This document shows, piece after piece, positions 63,430-64,000 of a stretch of 64,000 nucleotides of DNA. Position 1 is the first letter of the stretch. Each line of letters begins with the position of its first letter. Both the position numbers and the translations under genes were made by a program. This stretch comes from a phage. A model generated the notes under the pieces. It did no database searches and had not been told where the DNA came from. It saw only the letters and a program-made list of their open reading frames with translations. The stretch is taken from the NCBI GenBank assembly GCA_036252695.1, contig GCA_036252695.1_4122.1; one strand, written 5' to 3'.

Positions 63430-63959
63430 AAGAAACATGTGTATTAACGTTTGGTCGTATTAATCCTGTACATCGTGGACATGGTTTAGTTTTTGAAAAG
63501 GCCAAAACATTACAAGAACAGTACAATGCTGATTTAAAAATATATCTAAGCACCAGTACTGACAATATAAAAAACCCACTCCCACCTGAACTAAAAATGT
63601 ATTATACAGAGGGATTCTATCCTTCAGTGCAAGAGAACATCTACACAGAAGACAATCTATTTGATATAATGAGAGAACTGGATGGAAAGTACTTAGATGT
63701 TCTTTTCATTTGTGGTTCTGACCGTATTGATTCTTTTCAAAAAACTCTTGACATGTACAATGGTAAGTTGTATAATTTTTGTAGTATAAAAGCAATTCAG
63801 GCAGGTATTGACCGTAATGTAAGTCAATATAGCTCAACACAAATGCGTAACTTCGCAAAAAATGAAGATTTTGATAGTTTTCGTGAGTTTTTACCTGGAA
63901 ATGACGAGGACTTAAAAATACAATTATTTGAAGACGTTATAAAATACATGAGGAAATAA
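63426..63959 (+). CDS. HxGH-type nucleotidyltransferase (NMN adenylyltransferase-like)
   Basis: FGRINPVHRGH (GxxxPxHxGH) and YSSTQMR (SxTxxR); ATGA coupling to the methyltransferase. Confidence 0.6.
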   Translation: MKETCVLTFGRINPVHRGHGLVFEKAKTLQEQYNADLKIYLSTSTDNIKNPLPPELKMYYTEGFYPSVQENIYTEDNLFDIMRELDGKYLDVLFICGSDRIDSFQKTLDMYNGKLYNFCSIKAIQAGIDRNVSQYSSTQMRNFAKNEDFDSFREFLPGNDEDLKIQLFEDVIKYMRK

Positions 63960-63961
63960 TT

Positions 63962-64000
63962 ATGTCAGTACTGTTCAAAACCAATCCAGTACTTTGGGAT
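63962..64000 (+). CDS. hypothetical protein, 5' end only (runs off window)
   Basis: ATG 63962 directly after upstream stop; MSVLFKTNPVLWD... Confidence 0.3.
   Translation, partial: MSVLFKTNPVLWD

Noticed and set aside
1-64000. CRISPR array
   Set aside because: No regularly spaced identical direct repeats with unique spacers; the repeats present are promoters, modules or iterons.
1-64000. Assignment to a specific named phage (T5-like, T4-like or a jumbo phage)
   Set aside because: None of the proteins gives me a confident match to a signature gene of those groups, and the promoter sequences do not match the T5 promoters I recall. Identity needs a database search.

Overview
This window reads as a large virulent phage genome segment from a sigma70/Shine-Dalgarno-type (probably enterobacterial) host, with essentially every credible gene on the + strand. 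I could not assign it to a named phage. Layout: (1) 47-1232, six tandem degenerate ~195-bp units, each keeping a small Tyr-rich ORF; (2) 1250-3200, a ~2-kb ORF-free, repeat-dense region with iteron-like repeats and about 15 copies of the palindrome AGTACT; (3) 3200-22600, about 54 small genes of unknown function, nearly every one behind its own near-consensus sigma70 promoter followed by a short GC-rich 5' stem-loop, interspersed with dispersed ~180-bp intergenic modules; (4) 22800-58100, an AT-richer block of about 75 tandem paralogous genes, tightly coupled, in two families: about 26 consecutive ~70-aa proteins ending in an invariant LGTNYQE-type motif, and about 48 proteins of 100-210 aa sharing the linear motif [DE][DE]x[FY]FQxS[LT][VI]; (5) 58100-64000, unknown genes with clean intrinsic terminators, a GC-rich ORF-poor island, then a small NPPY-motif DNA N6-adenine methyltransferase and an HxGH nucleotidyltransferase (NMN adenylyltransferase-like). 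AGTACT is over-represented roughly 20-fold across the whole window, in coding and noncoding DNA. The giant paralog arrays and the genome-wide AGTACT motif are the most unusual features. No tRNA, rRNA or CRISPR array was found by eye. All functional calls are from motif reading only; no database search was run.
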